The position numbers were made by a program, and so were the translations under genes. Under the pieces are notes generated by a model. That model was not told where the DNA came from. It saw nothing but the letters and a program-made list of their open reading frames with translations, and searched no databases. A stretch of 44,963 nucleotides of DNA from Escherichia phage BF9, in sequence record NC_073083.1, one strand, 5' to 3'. Positions 44,519 to 44,963 of the stretch are shown piece after piece (positions within the stretch are counted from its first letter, which is position 1; each line of letters begins with the position of its first letter).

Positions 44519-44547
44519 AAAAGGGGCCGCATGGCCCATTCTCCTTA
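44516..44547. terminator. Bidirectional terminator between the last rightward gene and the tail fiber 3' end
   Basis: aaaaaaGGGGCCgcatGGCCCattctcc; the minus strand reads GGGCCATGCGGCCCC followed by TTTTTT. Confidence 0.6.
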
Positions 44548-44551
44548 TTTA

Positions 44552-44687
44552 CCTTCCAGCTTCTCCACTTTCCGCAACAGGTGAACGAAGGCGGCGCACA
44601 GATCCATCAACAGCACGTTACTATCGAGAGTCAGCACATCGTCTGTGTACCCGATTTCCTTTCGGTCGATTACAACTTCGTTCCCTT
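44552..44687. repeat. Extra tandem copy of the 136 bp unit that equals window positions 1..136
   Basis: Exact match read directly in the sequence; the next copy starts at 44688. Confidence 0.85.
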
Positions 44688-44963
44688 CCTTCCAGCTTCT
44701 CCACTTTCCGCAACAGGTGAACGAAGGCGGCGCACAGATCCATCAACAGCACGTTACTATCGAGAGTCAGCACATCGTCTGTGTACCCGATTTCCTTTCG
44801 GTCGATTACAACTTCGTTCCCTTCCTCGTCCACCCCCTTGATATCCTCATAAATGGCATAACCCGGCAGCAAGTGTACGTATTCTGGGTCAATCCTTGCC
44901 AGATCCTGTGCGATAAGGCCGTATCGCTGTACGTCCGACTCCTTATCCTTGAACATTGCCGGA
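44688..44963. repeat. Terminal overlap: duplicate of window positions 1..276 (one mismatch, C at 44945 versus A at 258)
   Basis: Read directly in the sequence; encodes the tail fiber C-terminus (track ORF 44621..44956, minus strand). Confidence 0.9.

Noticed and set aside
1-44963. Prophage or temperate lifestyle (integrase, repressor, att sites)
   Set aside because: No tyrosine or serine recombinase-like ORF, no CI-like repressor and no flanking host genes were recognised; the window reads as a complete virulent phage genome with terminal overlap. The HTH protein at 30877..31206 is too small and lacks a peptidase domain.

Overview
This window looks like a complete, virulent siphovirus (tailed phage) genome of about 44.6 kb, written as a circular permutation. 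The last 276 bp (44688..44963) repeat positions 1..276 with one mismatch, and an extra tandem copy of the first 136 bp sits at 44552..44687. The minus strand carries a lambda/T1-like morphogenesis block (TerS, TerL, portal, Mu-F-like head protein, scaffold, major capsid, neck proteins, major tail, G/GT chaperone with a -1 frameshift, tape measure, M/L/K/I/J, tail fiber), a holin/endolysin cassette with the spanin pair located separately, a set of small early genes, a primase-helicase and an HTH regulator. The plus strand from 31609 carries the early/replication block (acidic repeat protein, Cas4-like nuclease, SSB-like protein, family A DNA polymerase, HNH and VRR-NUC nucleases, SF2 helicase, two DNA methyltransferases, HAD-like hydrolase). 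No integrase, repressor, tRNA or CRISPR array was recognised. The most unusual sequence-level features are (i) two near-identical copies of a hairpin leader followed by GTCCCGC heptamer arrays about 16.4 kb apart, one directly 3' of the primase-helicase gene, (ii) a recurring TTGGTTGCA/TGCAACCAA motif in more than ten intergenic promoter-like sites, and (iii) two opposite-strand gene cassettes with their own promoter and terminator inserted in the late structural region. All calls come from reading the sequence and the supplied ORF track; no database search was run. Taxonomic placement (possibly Dhillonvirus- or Guernseyvirinae-like) is a guess. Coordinates I derived by hand, rather than from the ORF track, may be off by a base or two.
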